Assembly (NCBI GenBank): GCA_964632485.1
Contig: CAZWDO010000004.1
Coordinates: forward strand, 186,001-250,000
DNA: 64,000 nucleotides
Direction of reading: 5' to 3'
From: an uncultured bacterium
GTDB lineage: Bacteria; JAGOEH01
Positions 1 through 10,188 of the stretch are shown piece by piece; within the stretch, counting starts at the first letter, position 1; each line of letters opens with the position of its first letter. The translations under genes and the position numbers were made by a program. Under the pieces are notes generated by a model that was not told the DNA's origin, made no database searches, and saw only the letters and a program-made list of their open reading frames with translations.

Positions 1-1
1 G

Positions 2-2170
2 GGGACCTATGGCGGCGGTTTATTGAAATTCGATAAAAAAAAAGGATGGGTAAAAAGATTCCTTAACACGACCAATTCAGCAAATTCAATTAGCAATAAT
101 CGTGTGATTTCAGTTTTAGCGGATGGGAAATATCTTTGGGTTGGCACTCTTGGTGGTGGACTGAATAGGCTTGACCGGGAGACTGAGCGTTTTGAAATTT
201 GGCGGGCAAATGAAGGTTTGCCTAGTAATGATGTGGTGGGTATTCTTAAAGATCCTGCCGGTTATTTGTGGCTTTCGACCAATAACGGTCTGAGCTGTTT
301 CGATCCTAATCGTGGAGTGTTTCGTAATTATAGTATGACCGATGGGCTCCAAAGTTATCAATTTTCCGATGATGCTTGTTTTATGGCCCCTACAGGTGAG
401 ATGCTGTTTGGCAGCGACAATGGGTTTATTAGTTTTTTCTCGGATAGCGTTCAGGATAATCTGCATATTCCTCCGATTGTTATTACTGGTTTTCGTAAAT
501 TCGATAAAGAAATGCAATTTGAACGCCCAATCTCTAAAATGGAGCAGATCGGCCTCTCCTATCAGGATAACTATTTTAGTATTCAGTTCTCCGCGTTGGA
601 CTATATGCATTCTGCAAAGAATCATTATGCTTATTGGCTGGAAGGCTTTGATAAGGATTGGATTTATTGTGGCACCCGGCATGAGGCTTCCTATACGAAT
701 CTGGATGGAGGAACCTATATTTTTCATGTGATCGGGTCAAACAATGATGGCGTTTGGAATCAGGCAGGGACCTCCCTTAAAATTGTAATTAAACCGCCGT
801 TCTGGGAAACGATTTGGTTTCGGTTAGGCGTTGGATTGCTATTAGCGAGTGTTTTGTGGACAGGCTATCGTTTCCGAATCCAGACGATTGAAAAACAGAA
901 AAAACGACTTGAACTACTGGTTGGAGAGAGAACTTGCGAATTGGATCATCGGAATCAGGAATTAGTTCAAATTAACAAGATTGTCAAGTCGATCAATATG
1001 GAACTTGATTTCCGCAATTTGCTGCAATCGATTTTAGATGAATTAAGTGACTTTGGTTGTATTGAAAAGGCCTCTGCCTTGATTTATGACCGCGAGAAAA
1101 AAGTCTATTGTTTTGTTGCCAGTTCAGGATGGAAAATTGATGATTTAGAATCGATCAAGCTTACCGAGAAGGAAGCGGAAATGAGATACATACAGAATGC
1201 AGAAAATATCAATCAATGTATATTTTATATTGAAAATATTGTGTCCCGACCCGCATCCGAGAAATTCAGCCATCTCCCGCTGCCGAAAGCCATGCTCGTG
1301 ATGAAAATGATCGTACAAAATCATACTGATGGCTATCTGATTTTTGAAAATATGCGGGATACTCAAGCTTTTCGAACTTCAGAATTGAAGCTGTTTCAAG
1401 ATCTTTATGAACATCTTCTGGCTGTATTTATCAAATCATTGATTCTGGAAGAGCTCAAAGCCCTTAATGAAAAAAAGAATTCCTTTCTGGGGATGGCAGC
1501 CCACGATTTGCGAAATCCTCTTTCTGGAATCAAGGGCTTTATTCAGCTTTTTATTACATCTTTGAAATTTGACCAGTTTGATAAAATGAAGGGGATCCAA
1601 GATCTGGAACGAGTTTTACGCGTTGTTGACCGCATGAGTAGTTTGATCAATAATCTCCTGGATATTTCGGCTATCGAATCCGGGAAAGTGTTATTAAAAA
1701 AATCATGGGTCAATTATTGTGAATTGATTGAAGAGAATATAAGCCTTTATTCCCGTATTGCTCAACAAAAAGATATTGAACTGCTATATGAACCGGATTC
1801 CTCGATTCCGCATCTTTCCATTGACCGGGTACGAATTGGGGAAGTCCTTGACAATTTGCTTAGTAATGCGATTAAATATACGTTTCCAGGTGGGACAGTC
1901 AATGTGAGTCTTAATTTTAATGGTAAAGAAGTGATCACTTCTGTGAAGGACAATGGTCAAGGGCTGTTGGAAGAGGATTTGGATCATATTTTTAAATCAT
2001 ACAAAAAACTCAGCGCCATGCCGACAGGTGGGGAGACCAGCACCGGATTGGGTTTGGCGATTGCCCGCAAAATTATTGAACTCCATGGTGGCGCAATCCA
2101 TGTGAAGAGTATTAAAGGTGAGGGCTCCACTTTTTGGTTTTCATTACCCTTTTCAAATAAAGTGGATTAA
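2..2170 (+). CDS. Sensor histidine kinase (beta-propeller + Y_Y_Y + TM + GAF-like + HisKA/HATPase), 5'-truncated by window edge
   Basis: Frame is open from base 2 (GTYGGGLLKF). Propeller repeats LWVGTLGGGL and LWLSTNNGL, Y_Y_Y motif YAYWLEGFDKDW...YTNLDGGTYIF, TM after PPFWET, H-box AHDLRNPL, N-box NLLSNAIKY, G-boxes DNGQG and TGLGLAI. No receiver domain. Confidence 0.9.
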   Translation, partial: GTYGGGLLKFDKKKGWVKRFLNTTNSANSISNNRVISVLADGKYLWVGTLGGGLNRLDRETERFEIWRANEGLPSNDVVGILKDPAGYLWLSTNNGLSCFDPNRGVFRNYSMTDGLQSYQFSDDACFMAPTGEMLFGSDNGFISFFSDSVQDNLHIPPIVITGFRKFDKEMQFERPISKMEQIGLSYQDNYFSIQFSALDYMHSAKNHYAYWLEGFDKDWIYCGTRHEASYTNLDGGTYIFHVIGSNNDGVWNQAGTSLKIVIKPPFWETIWFRLGVGLLLASVLWTGYRFRIQTIEKQKKRLELLVGERTCELDHRNQELVQINKIVKSINMELDFRNLLQSILDELSDFGCIEKASALIYDREKKVYCFVASSGWKIDDLESIKLTEKEAEMRYIQNAENINQCIFYIENIVSRPASEKFSHLPLPKAMLVMKMIVQNHTDGYLIFENMRDTQAFRTSELKLFQDLYEHLLAVFIKSLILEELKALNEKKNSFLGMAAHDLRNPLSGIKGFIQLFITSLKFDQFDKMKGIQDLERVLRVVDRMSSLINNLLDISAIESGKVLLKKSWVNYCELIEENISLYSRIAQQKDIELLYEPDSSIPHLSIDRVRIGEVLDNLLSNAIKYTFPGGTVNVSLNFNGKEVITSVKDNGQGLLEEDLDHIFKSYKKLSAMPTGGETSTGLGLAIARKIIELHGGAIHVKSIKGEGSTFWFSLPFSNKVD

Positions 2171-2349
2171 CATGATGATTCCAGGTATGGCTTTCTGGTG
2201 TGATGGCCTCTGCCAACACCCATAGAGTCCGCTAACCCTGCAGTAGGAGCTTTTTTAGGATGGCTTTCCCCCTATAAAGGGTTTTCGGTTAATCTCCCTG
2301 ATATATAAAAAATTTACTGAGGGACCTTTAAGGGCGAATTTTAAGGATA

Positions 2350-3480
2350 TTAATATATTTTAAAAATAGCAAAATAACAAAGAATATTCCCATTATATAC
2401 TTTATAAACACGATCGGGTGTCATATTGATTTCCCGTAGCTCATCCATTTCCGGGGATAGTATCCCAACAGTAAAACCTTTGAAATCCTGTTTAAGCTTA
2501 TCATTCAAACGCTGAAAAAAATGACGCGTCATAGTGCTTCCGGGTTGAACACGCCGGCCGTATGGTGGGTTGAGTATCATAACACCTTTAGTGTGTATGG
2601 GCTTGTACTCAAAAATATCCTCCTGGGAGAACTCAAGAAATGATTCTACTCCCGCGCGTCGGCTATTCGTTCGAGTAAGATTGTAATTTCGAGAATCCCA
2701 ATCATTGGCTATAATAGGCGCGCTGAGAACCGGTAGGACCTTTTCCCTGGCTTCTTGGATAATGGCTTTGAATTTATGAGAATCATAATCATTCCAGTTT
2801 TGAAACGTGAATTTGGGAGTCAACAGGCCGGGAGCTTGCTTGCTGGCAATCCAGGCTGCTTCAATCGGGATTGTCCCAGCGCCGCACATTAAATCATAAA
2901 ACGGAGTAGCGCCATCCCAACGAATATAACGGATTAAGGTTGCAGCCAATGTTTCACGTAATGAAGCTTCCGCTCCTTCCGGACGATACCCGCGTTTGTT
3001 TAGAGAGCGGCCGGAACTGTCCAGGCTGACCTGGCATTGGTTGTTTTGAATGTAAACATTGACCACTATTTCCGGATGATGTTTGTCAATATTCGGCCGT
3101 GTCTGGCTATGCAAACGAAAGTAGTCACAAATAGCATCTTTTGTTTTAAGTTCGATGAAATGTGAATTGTTGAATCCTGAGTTTCTAATGTTGGCTTGTA
3201 TCAGTAATGAGCGCTCGGCTGAAAAGTAATGGTCCCAAGGGATCTGATAAAGTTGGTCATAGAGGGACTGGTTGGATGGAAGGTAGAAATCTGCAATCGG
3301 CAAAAGGACCCTGATCGCCAAACGGGAATAAAGGTTAATCAAATAATGGAAAGTCATATCACTATGAAACGCCCAGACCCCGCCATTCGAAGGCTTAACT
3401 GACATTGCGCCAAGTTCGCTGAGTTCGGTAGCCAGTAGATTTTCGGAATTTTTGCCACAGGCGATAAAATAACGGTACAT
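2350..3480 (-). CDS. THUMP-domain 23S rRNA methyltransferase (RlmL/YpsC-like)
   Basis: Motifs SLDSSGRSLNKRGYR, ASLRETLAA, SAM-binding DLMCGAGTIPIEAA and NPPYG. Confidence 0.88.
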   Translation of the reverse strand: MYRYFIACGKNSENLLATELSELGAMSVKPSNGGVWAFHSDMTFHYLINLYSRLAIRVLLPIADFYLPSNQSLYDQLYQIPWDHYFSAERSLLIQANIRNSGFNNSHFIELKTKDAICDYFRLHSQTRPNIDKHHPEIVVNVYIQNNQCQVSLDSSGRSLNKRGYRPEGAEASLRETLAATLIRYIRWDGATPFYDLMCGAGTIPIEAAWIASKQAPGLLTPKFTFQNWNDYDSHKFKAIIQEAREKVLPVLSAPIIANDWDSRNYNLTRTNSRRAGVESFLEFSQEDIFEYKPIHTKGVMILNPPYGRRVQPGSTMTRHFFQRLNDKLKQDFKGFTVGILSPEMDELREINMTPDRVYKVYNGNILCYFAIFKIY

Positions 3481-3493
3481 AATTTTTCCCCTT

Positions 3494-5251
3494 TCAACTT
3501 CGACGAATAAGTTCGTTCAGAAGCTCTCGCGCCGCTTCTTGAGGGCCATCACTTTCCTTGCCGGGGATCCCCAGCCGGGTGCGCATCTGGCCAACAAACA
3601 AATCGTTTTGAAAAAACCGCTCAAAAAATTGAACTGCCAGCGTCTCATGCTCCGAGCGGTATTGAACCGGACCGAAAATATTGGCAAAATATGTGTGTAC
3701 AAGCCCGGTAGTCGTGGTAGTCCCCTTACTCATTACCGTACCCTCGCGAAAAATTCGTAATGATTGGTCTACCGTTAAAATCCGTTCAATAATCGGATGG
3801 TCATCATCGATTTCTTCATAATTGTTAGCATACAGGATAAAATCAACGGGGAATCCTTCGCAGACAATGGAGTAAGTGGTAACCGGAATAATGATACGGG
3901 CATTAACCTGGCTGGGATTCATAATAATAGTGCGATCAATTTGGCCAAAAGCGAAACCTGATTGCAGGTCATCCAATCGCAGAAAAGCGCCGGTTTCAGT
4001 ACCATACCCGATAATCGTTCCTTTCTCGTCGATCTGCAAAGAACCCATGTCATCAGCAATAATAATAATGTCCTGGATCTGATCGGCTGCCAGAGTGCGA
4101 AATGCTTCTAAAGTTTCAGATTTTCCGGCGCCTGTATCACCCATCAATAAAATGACGAATGAACGGTTCCCCTTGAGAATAATTTTGATCAATGCGCCAT
4201 GAAAGGGAAGGATTCCGCGTTTGATCATAATTATATTATGCAAGGTCAAGACCATTTTTTTTAAATAACCAAAATATCCGAATTCACTATGGCCGGGTAC
4301 TGCCGCAATAAACAGTTCTTGTTCAGGCTCTTCATAGAATACGGTTGGCGGTGTTCCCAGGTTGTCTAATACGTTCCCAGGGACTCCATATAAATAAACT
4401 GCATCGGGTTTGCGATCCAGCTCGGAACGATCTGCTAATTCAAATAAATTGGCAAGAGAAAATCCCAGTTCAAAAAATTGCTGGTGAAAATAAATATAGA
4501 TGAGCAAAGTTCCGACTTTTGCCGGATAACATATCCATTCATCTTTTTGGGGAGAGAAAAGGCTTAATGGATTCTGATCAATTTGCTTAAATTTTCCCGT
4601 CCGCTTGTTGGAGGGCGTATTGAGAACCATAGGCGGATAAAGAAGAATCTGGCTGATCACCGGGATCATATTAAGAGGGGAAAACAAAGGGTGTTCAAAC
4701 GGGGTCGGTAGTGGCAGAGCAATGGCGGATACTTCTGCTCCTGCGGCGACCTGCCTGTAAATACGAGGATGGCTACCCGTAATATTTTCTTCTATATCAC
4801 GATATACTTGACGGATCAAATGCGTTAACCGCTCAATAGTGTCGTTGAATGTGCGATATGGTCGCTTATCCAGCGCATCTCCCTCCGAATCGCAAATCAT
4901 GAATCGATCAAAACTTCGCCAGTAATTGTATAAATATTCAACTAATTCGCTGAATATGGCCTTGTCAGCTAAAAAAAGATTGGCGTCCGGCACTACATTT
5001 GGAACCAGATGCGACGGCATTTTTATTAAGAACTGCAGTGTTGAAATAAATGTTATTATGGTTGAATCATCAATGGGTTTTTCCCCGAGAATACTGACTA
5101 AACGTGATTGTTTAGCTTCCAGTTGTTTTAGCCCCCGTTTGACGACGGTGTAAAAAAGATCACTGTTGAGTAGTTCATCGGGTGTCTCGCAAAGGTGATG
5201 CTTGACTCGAAATATCGCTTTATTTCCTAGAATTTTATGCTGGACATCCAT
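3494..5251 (-). CDS. Phosphoenolpyruvate carboxykinase-like protein (divergent family)
   Basis: P-loop GDTGAGKSE, kinase-2 IIADD, metal-ligand-like GYLKKM and FHGA, and GTETGAFLR, in PEPCK order. Confidence 0.7.
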   Translation of the reverse strand: MDVQHKILGNKAIFRVKHHLCETPDELLNSDLFYTVVKRGLKQLEAKQSRLVSILGEKPIDDSTIITFISTLQFLIKMPSHLVPNVVPDANLFLADKAIFSELVEYLYNYWRSFDRFMICDSEGDALDKRPYRTFNDTIERLTHLIRQVYRDIEENITGSHPRIYRQVAAGAEVSAIALPLPTPFEHPLFSPLNMIPVISQILLYPPMVLNTPSNKRTGKFKQIDQNPLSLFSPQKDEWICYPAKVGTLLIYIYFHQQFFELGFSLANLFELADRSELDRKPDAVYLYGVPGNVLDNLGTPPTVFYEEPEQELFIAAVPGHSEFGYFGYLKKMVLTLHNIIMIKRGILPFHGALIKIILKGNRSFVILLMGDTGAGKSETLEAFRTLAADQIQDIIIIADDMGSLQIDEKGTIIGYGTETGAFLRLDDLQSGFAFGQIDRTIIMNPSQVNARIIIPVTTYSIVCEGFPVDFILYANNYEEIDDDHPIIERILTVDQSLRIFREGTVMSKGTTTTTGLVHTYFANIFGPVQYRSEHETLAVQFFERFFQNDLFVGQMRTRLGIPGKESDGPQEAARELLNELIRRS

Positions 5252-5383
5252 ATTTTAATCCTTCCTTTTCTATAGTTTAGCCTGATATATAGCAAAAAAA
5301 TAGTATTTTGTCAACCCCAAAAAGTTAATAGATCATTTCCACTCTCATCACGTATAGTAAATTAAGAGAGTCCAAATAAATTA

Positions 5384-5713
5384 TTAAGGAGTATCGTAAA
5401 AAAGGGAAACAGCGCTTTTCAAATGATTGTAAGCATTATTATCAAATTCATGGAAGCGAATCGCCATTCCGTTAGATTCCCTGCGGATGATTGTGCCTTT
5501 AAAATTCATCGGCAAGCTGAAAGTTTTTCCGGGAAGGGAAATGGTGATATCTACCGTATTATATGGCTCAATTGTGCATTCAGAATACACATACATCCCA
5601 CCCATTCCGATATCGCGAATTTGTGTCAGTATCGTTTGTTCCTGATAATGGATAATAGCGTCAATGTTGATTGTTAACCGCCCGTTTTGACGTTTATCCT
5701 GCGGTTTGTCCAT
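5384..5713 (-). CDS. Stand-alone PilZ-domain (c-di-GMP receptor) protein
   Basis: RQNGR (RxxxR) and DIGMGG (D/NxSxxG-like) motifs. Start moved to the ATG at 5713, which follows an AGAGG RBS. Confidence 0.85.
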   Translation of the reverse strand: MDKPQDKRQNGRLTINIDAIIHYQEQTILTQIRDIGMGGMYVYSECTIEPYNTVDITISLPGKTFSLPMNFKGTIIRRESNGMAIRFHEFDNNAYNHLKSAVSLFYDTP

Positions 5714-6030
5714 TATGTTTCCTCTTCTTTTCACTTTAATGAATGCGTGTTTTGGTGTTGAGTATAAATTACTTTCATCTGAAGCTGCTACACTTGAACG
5801 AAAGTTCAATTCTTTTTATAGTATATATTTAAAATAGAAATAAATCAAGGGAAAAATATCAGGAAAGGGTTTTTCCTGGCATGCCGGAATTTGCTTATTT
5901 AAAACTGCTCAAAATATTAATTAATAATTCGCTTTGTCATCAAAATTTTGAGATGCAGAGCATTGCAGCTTAAAGAATGCAGTGCCAGTATATTATTTTT
6001 AAAAATTTTTTGCAAAATTGGAAAAACCAC

Positions 6031-6074
6031 TTGACAAATTAGATTTTATTAATTAATATTAAGAATGATTATTA
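6031..6074 (+). promoter_or_regulatory. Sigma70 promoter with overlapping Per/Fur-type box
   Basis: TTGACA (6031-6036)-17 bp-TAATAT (6054-6059), then TAAGAATGATTATTA (6060-6074), which resembles the Per box TTATAATNATTATAA. Lies directly upstream of the Fur-family gene. Confidence 0.65.
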
Positions 6075-6092
6075 TTATCAAATAGGAGATCT

Positions 6093-6479
6093 ATGAAATA
6101 CCGCAATAGTCAGCAGCGGGAACGCATCCTTGCGTTAGTACGCTCTACAAAATCACATCCGACGGCTGAATGGATTTATCAGCAATTGAAGCCCTTGTAC
6201 AACACATTGAGCATGGGCACTGTCTATCGAAACTTAAATATTCTTGAAGCGCAAGGAGTGATCCAGCGGATTTCCACCGAAAACGGAGTGGATCGCTTCG
6301 AACCCGATGTTCATCCCCATTATCATTTAATCTGTGAAAAATGTGGAATAGTATCAGATATTGAGATGCCCCATAATTCGGAATTAAATATACAGGCTGA
6401 ACAGTTGAGTCAATATAAAATAGACCGGCACCGCATTGATTTTTTTGGACTTTGTCCCAAGTGTAGGGATAATCTTTAA
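6093..6479 (+). CDS. Fur-family regulator, probably PerR-like
   Basis: Motifs HPTAEWIY, TVYRNL, HYHLICEKCG and C-terminal CPKC; sits upstream of a peroxiredoxin. Confidence 0.92.
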   Translation: MKYRNSQQRERILALVRSTKSHPTAEWIYQQLKPLYNTLSMGTVYRNLNILEAQGVIQRISTENGVDRFEPDVHPHYHLICEKCGIVSDIEMPHNSELNIQAEQLSQYKIDRHRIDFFGLCPKCRDNL

Positions 6480-6622
6480 ATTCATTGGGAAAACGTAATA
6501 TGAGTGAATTACTTAATGAAGGATGATGGAAAAAGGGATCTCATGTGTGAGGTTTCGAATTGAATAAGTTTCAGGTTAACTGTTAGTGAGTGTTTATTCA
6601 CTAACCCAAAGAAAGGATTCGT

Positions 6623-7342
6623 ATGGAAAACGCAACTAACGCTCAAGCTGTTGCCATGCCTCGAATTGGCGACAAAGCGCCCACTTTTAAAGCCGTTACT
6701 ACCCAGGGAGAAATCAATTTCCCGGAACAGTATGCCGGTGGTTGGGTAATTCTCTTCAGCCATCCTGCTGATTTTACCCCGGTATGCACCTCTGAATTCA
6801 TAACATTTGCCTCGCTTGAAGACCAATTTGCCCAAGCCAATTGCAAGTTGGTGGGACTTTCGGTGGATGGATTGTACAGCCACATCGCCTGGTTGCGGAC
6901 AATCAAAGAAAAGATCGAATATAAGGGCATGAAGAACGTAGAAGTTAAATTCCCTTTGATTGAAGACATTACCATGGAAGTCGCGAAAAAGTATGGAATG
7001 ATTCAGCCGGGAGAAAGTAATACAAAAGCGGTCCGCGCTGTTTTCTTCATTGATCCGAAGGGCATCATTCGCGCCATTATCTATTATCCATTGAGTCTGG
7101 GCCGGAACTTCGACGAGTTACTTCGTGTTTTGATGGCTCTTCAAACCGCTGATGCTTTTCAAATCGCGACTCCTGCAGACTGGCGTCCCGGTGATGACGT
7201 TATAGTGCCACCGGCCGGATCCTGCGGCGTTGCCAAGGATCGGATGGAAGGTAAAGAAGAGATGAAATGCTATGACTGGTTCTTTTGTACTAAAAAATTG
7301 GATAAAGATACCGTTTTGGCCAAAATACAGAAGAAAAATTAA
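6623..7342 (+). CDS. Peroxiredoxin (Prx6/archaeal-type AhpC family)
   Basis: Active site HPADFTPVCTSE, GRNFDE, ATPADW and C-terminal CYDWFFC as in archaeal-type Prx6. Confidence 0.93.
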   Translation: MENATNAQAVAMPRIGDKAPTFKAVTTQGEINFPEQYAGGWVILFSHPADFTPVCTSEFITFASLEDQFAQANCKLVGLSVDGLYSHIAWLRTIKEKIEYKGMKNVEVKFPLIEDITMEVAKKYGMIQPGESNTKAVRAVFFIDPKGIIRAIIYYPLSLGRNFDELLRVLMALQTADAFQIATPADWRPGDDVIVPPAGSCGVAKDRMEGKEEMKCYDWFFCTKKLDKDTVLAKIQKKN

Positions 7343-7371
7343 TTTAGAAGGTTGGCCAAGTTCCTCGGTAC

Positions 7372-7390
7372 ACGGGTAAATACCCGTTTT
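7372..7390 (+). terminator. Probable intrinsic terminator
   Basis: ACGGGT-AAAT-ACCCGT followed by a short T run, about 30 bp after the prx stop. Confidence 0.5.
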
Positions 7391-7854
7391 CAACGCATTT
7401 AGTGTAAACGGTCGGAGTGTCCTTTTCGATCCGGCAATTGCATGCAGGATTCATAAGGACACCCAGTCCGTTTGCGAATAACTCCGATTAAACAAGATTT
7501 TTTGCTGAGATTTCCTGTTTTTATGGTTTGCATTTGTCGCTTCGTCCGGCGCAAACCCCGCCAAACCCTACGGGCTGGAATTGCAGTTTAACTGAATGTT
7601 CGCGCACTTGAACAAGTGGATACGGCGGACAGTGGTTGTGGTGAGCGCGATCATTTCCACCCCTATCATGATCAATCTCGCCATTGTGTAGGCAAAAAAA
7701 AATTAACAAAATGAGGTTTACGCAGAAGTGTCAGATAATAAAAAAATATAACGCTGGTATAGATCTAAAATTTGATCCACAATTTTTGTGAAGTTTATTT
7801 AAACTCCGAGTTAGAAGGCTACTATTCGGAAGAATTGTCAGGGGCAGATGGATT

Positions 7855-8193
7855 TTAATCGATTTTATAGGAGGCGCTCTTTTTTCCACCTTTGTTGCAA
7901 GTCGTTTTAACAGTGAATTTATCGCCTACTTTAGCGCCGGCTATTTTGTAAATGAGTTCACTGGTTATATCCGTGTCCTGACGCAATAATCTCTGATCGA
8001 CAATCAAAGAATCATTCAACTCTACTTGCAGTTCATTGATGAAATGCTCTTCTGGGTTTTTTACTTTGTGCTCAAATTCGATCGTCAATTGGCTCAACCG
8101 TTTATCAAATCTAAACTCAACTTTGGAGGCCGGGTGAGCCGCTATGGCGGCCACGCTGCATAACCATATCGACATAGTTACATAAAGTTTCAT
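7855..8193 (-). CDS. Small exported protein, superoxide-reductase/SoxZ-like Ig fold
   Basis: Signal peptide ending AIAA-HP, His/Cys spacing HP...EHKV...EHFI...CNKGG, and AGGGAG RBS. Confidence 0.55.
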   Translation of the reverse strand: MKLYVTMSIWLCSVAAIAAHPASKVEFRFDKRLSQLTIEFEHKVKNPEEHFINELQVELNDSLIVDQRLLRQDTDITSELIYKIAGAKVGDKFTVKTTCNKGGKKSASYKID

Positions 8194-8299
8194 CGATTCT
8201 CCCTTGAAATGGATTTAAGTATGTTAAAAAAACGAATAATGGTTAAAGCCAAAAAGGCCATACCGATTAGCATAAACGCATTGCCTGTTGAGAGAGAGT

Positions 8300-8536
8300 T
8301 CAGCGCCGCTTTCCGGATTTGAAAAACGTGGATCGAATCCATTGCCAGTTCAGGAATAGGTGTAGAATGGCGAGAAAGTTGAATGCCATGCCAAAAATTT
8401 CATGGATTTCGCCAACTGTTTCGTTGTATCGCAGAGTTCCCGGAAAAAACTTATAGATGGCGATGCTACCGGCGACTCCAATAAAAGCGATGATTAATCC
8501 CAAATTAACAATTTTCAAGAATTTTTGCTTGCTCAT
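8300..8536 (-). CDS. Small two-TM membrane protein (DUF4405-like)
   Basis: Two hydrophobic helices with IHE...LHLFLNWQW pattern; GGAG RBS. Confidence 0.7.
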   Translation of the reverse strand: MSKQKFLKIVNLGLIIAFIGVAGSIAIYKFFPGTLRYNETVGEIHEIFGMAFNFLAILHLFLNWQWIRSTFFKSGKRR

Positions 8537-8547
8537 ATTTTATGCTC

Positions 8548-9834
8548 CTATTCAAAAAAATTATAGTCCTGATGTGTGGACCAGTTGAGCAATTCGGAAT
8601 TATAAACCGAATCAAAGTTTTGTGAAAAATCGCACGAATCAAATGGCGTTAACTTTGTTCCCAACTCAAAGTGCAAGTGTCTTATTTCGCTGCGCCCGGT
8701 ATTTCCCATCACGGCGATGGGTTGTCCGGCATTCACGGAATCACCTACAAGAACATAGAAATAGTCGGTATAAAGATGTGCATACCGTGTAAATACGCGG
8801 TTGCCGTGGTCGATGATGATATGATTGCCCCAGCCTGCCCCGCATTCCCGGGCCGTGTTGTTGTGAGCGAACATTGCGCTTTGCTGACATCCCATTCGGG
8901 CATAGACAATTCGCCCGTTGGCGGCGGCTTTAACGGTTACTTTGGGAATTGAAGAATTGTTATTGACATAATCCACTCCCTCGTGCGAAGCATTCCGACC
9001 GGGAGTGCCGCTAAAAGGGACTTTGTAGGTAAAATCCGCCGGCCTGCTCCATTGGAGTAATTCGCATCCCGCGGGCACCTGATGACCTGTTTTCTGTACT
9101 GCCGTTGGATCCTCGCGCGAATCGCTGACATATCTGCATCCCTCAAAATCAAATTCTATCGTCTGACCGGATTCTATGCTCTGATTCAAGATGGAATCAT
9201 TAAAAAATGATTCTTTATACCCGATAAAGGAATATATATCCGAAGTTGGCCCCGGTTTTGGCAGTTCTTCGGGATCGTTTGCCGGAATCGTTGATGCGTT
9301 TCCAATAACTCTGATTCTGGTTTCTCCGTTCCCTTTGCCAATTTTGGTTACGCGTATTGATTTGTTTTGTGTAGAAGTGATGGCATGGATCAGATATATC
9401 CCATCGCTGATATTCCCCGGATTAAACTGGAACTGCCAGGTTCCTGCTTCCATCATAAAGTTGGATTCTGAAATTAATTCGCCTAAAATGTTGTGGACTT
9501 CAACTTTTACATCTTCTTTTCTGCTCAACCCCATTAAAAAATTGGTATAATCGTTAAAGCAATTGGGAAAGTTTGCGCTTAAAGTTAAAGCCGCTTCAGG
9601 GACATATTCTGATTCCTTCAAATCAACCCAATTTAAATATAATGTATCTGTCCCGATGAGGGTTTTGCTGATGTTAAGAGTTATGTTGTGGACGAATACG
9701 CTATCCAGGTCAATTGCCGACAAGCTGGTTTTGTCTTTTCCTTTGAAAACCACATAATCGGCCGTTATAGTAGTAAAGAGGGCTACTATGGGCATTAATA
9801 TCACCAAAAACAAATAGCGCATTATGTTCTCCAT
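8548..9834 (-). CDS. M23 family metallopeptidase with signal peptide and internal T9SS-tail/FlgD-Ig-like domain
   Basis: Zn motifs HEGVD and HLHFE, plus [16 protein letters not shown] and MGNTGRS. Internal segment NFPNCFN...VHNILG...DGIYLI. Confidence 0.85.
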   Translation of the reverse strand: MENIMRYLFLVILMPIVALFTTITADYVVFKGKDKTSLSAIDLDSVFVHNITLNISKTLIGTDTLYLNWVDLKESEYVPEAALTLSANFPNCFNDYTNFLMGLSRKEDVKVEVHNILGELISESNFMMEAGTWQFQFNPGNISDGIYLIHAITSTQNKSIRVTKIGKGNGETRIRVIGNASTIPANDPEELPKPGPTSDIYSFIGYKESFFNDSILNQSIESGQTIEFDFEGCRYVSDSREDPTAVQKTGHQVPAGCELLQWSRPADFTYKVPFSGTPGRNASHEGVDYVNNNSSIPKVTVKAAANGRIVYARMGCQQSAMFAHNNTARECGAGWGNHIIIDHGNRVFTRYAHLYTDYFYVLVGDSVNAGQPIAVMGNTGRSEIRHLHFELGTKLTPFDSCDFSQNFDSVYNSELLNWSTHQDYNFFE

Positions 9835-10188
9835 TCTTTCAAATTCAAAAAATTACTAATGGTATCTTCGCTAAAACTATTAACTGTTGGAATTATATCA
9901 AATAAATAGCTAAAAATCAACATGAATCTTGAAAGGGTTGAAAATTTTTTCAAAAGAGTATTTTAATAAATTTGAAAGGTTTAACTGGAAACAGATATAT
10001 TTAATCCCCTGGATATAAATTATCTATACTATGATTTTTGGTGTACCTGTCAATTTGAGTGTTTTGATTCAGGTAACGAGGAAGCGTAATAAAAAAAAGA
10101 ATTACTTTCTGTTGAATAATGTCAGGGATATAAGCTTTTACTCCGATTATCAGGGAATCGGTCGAAATTGAGCCATCGATTCAATGTC

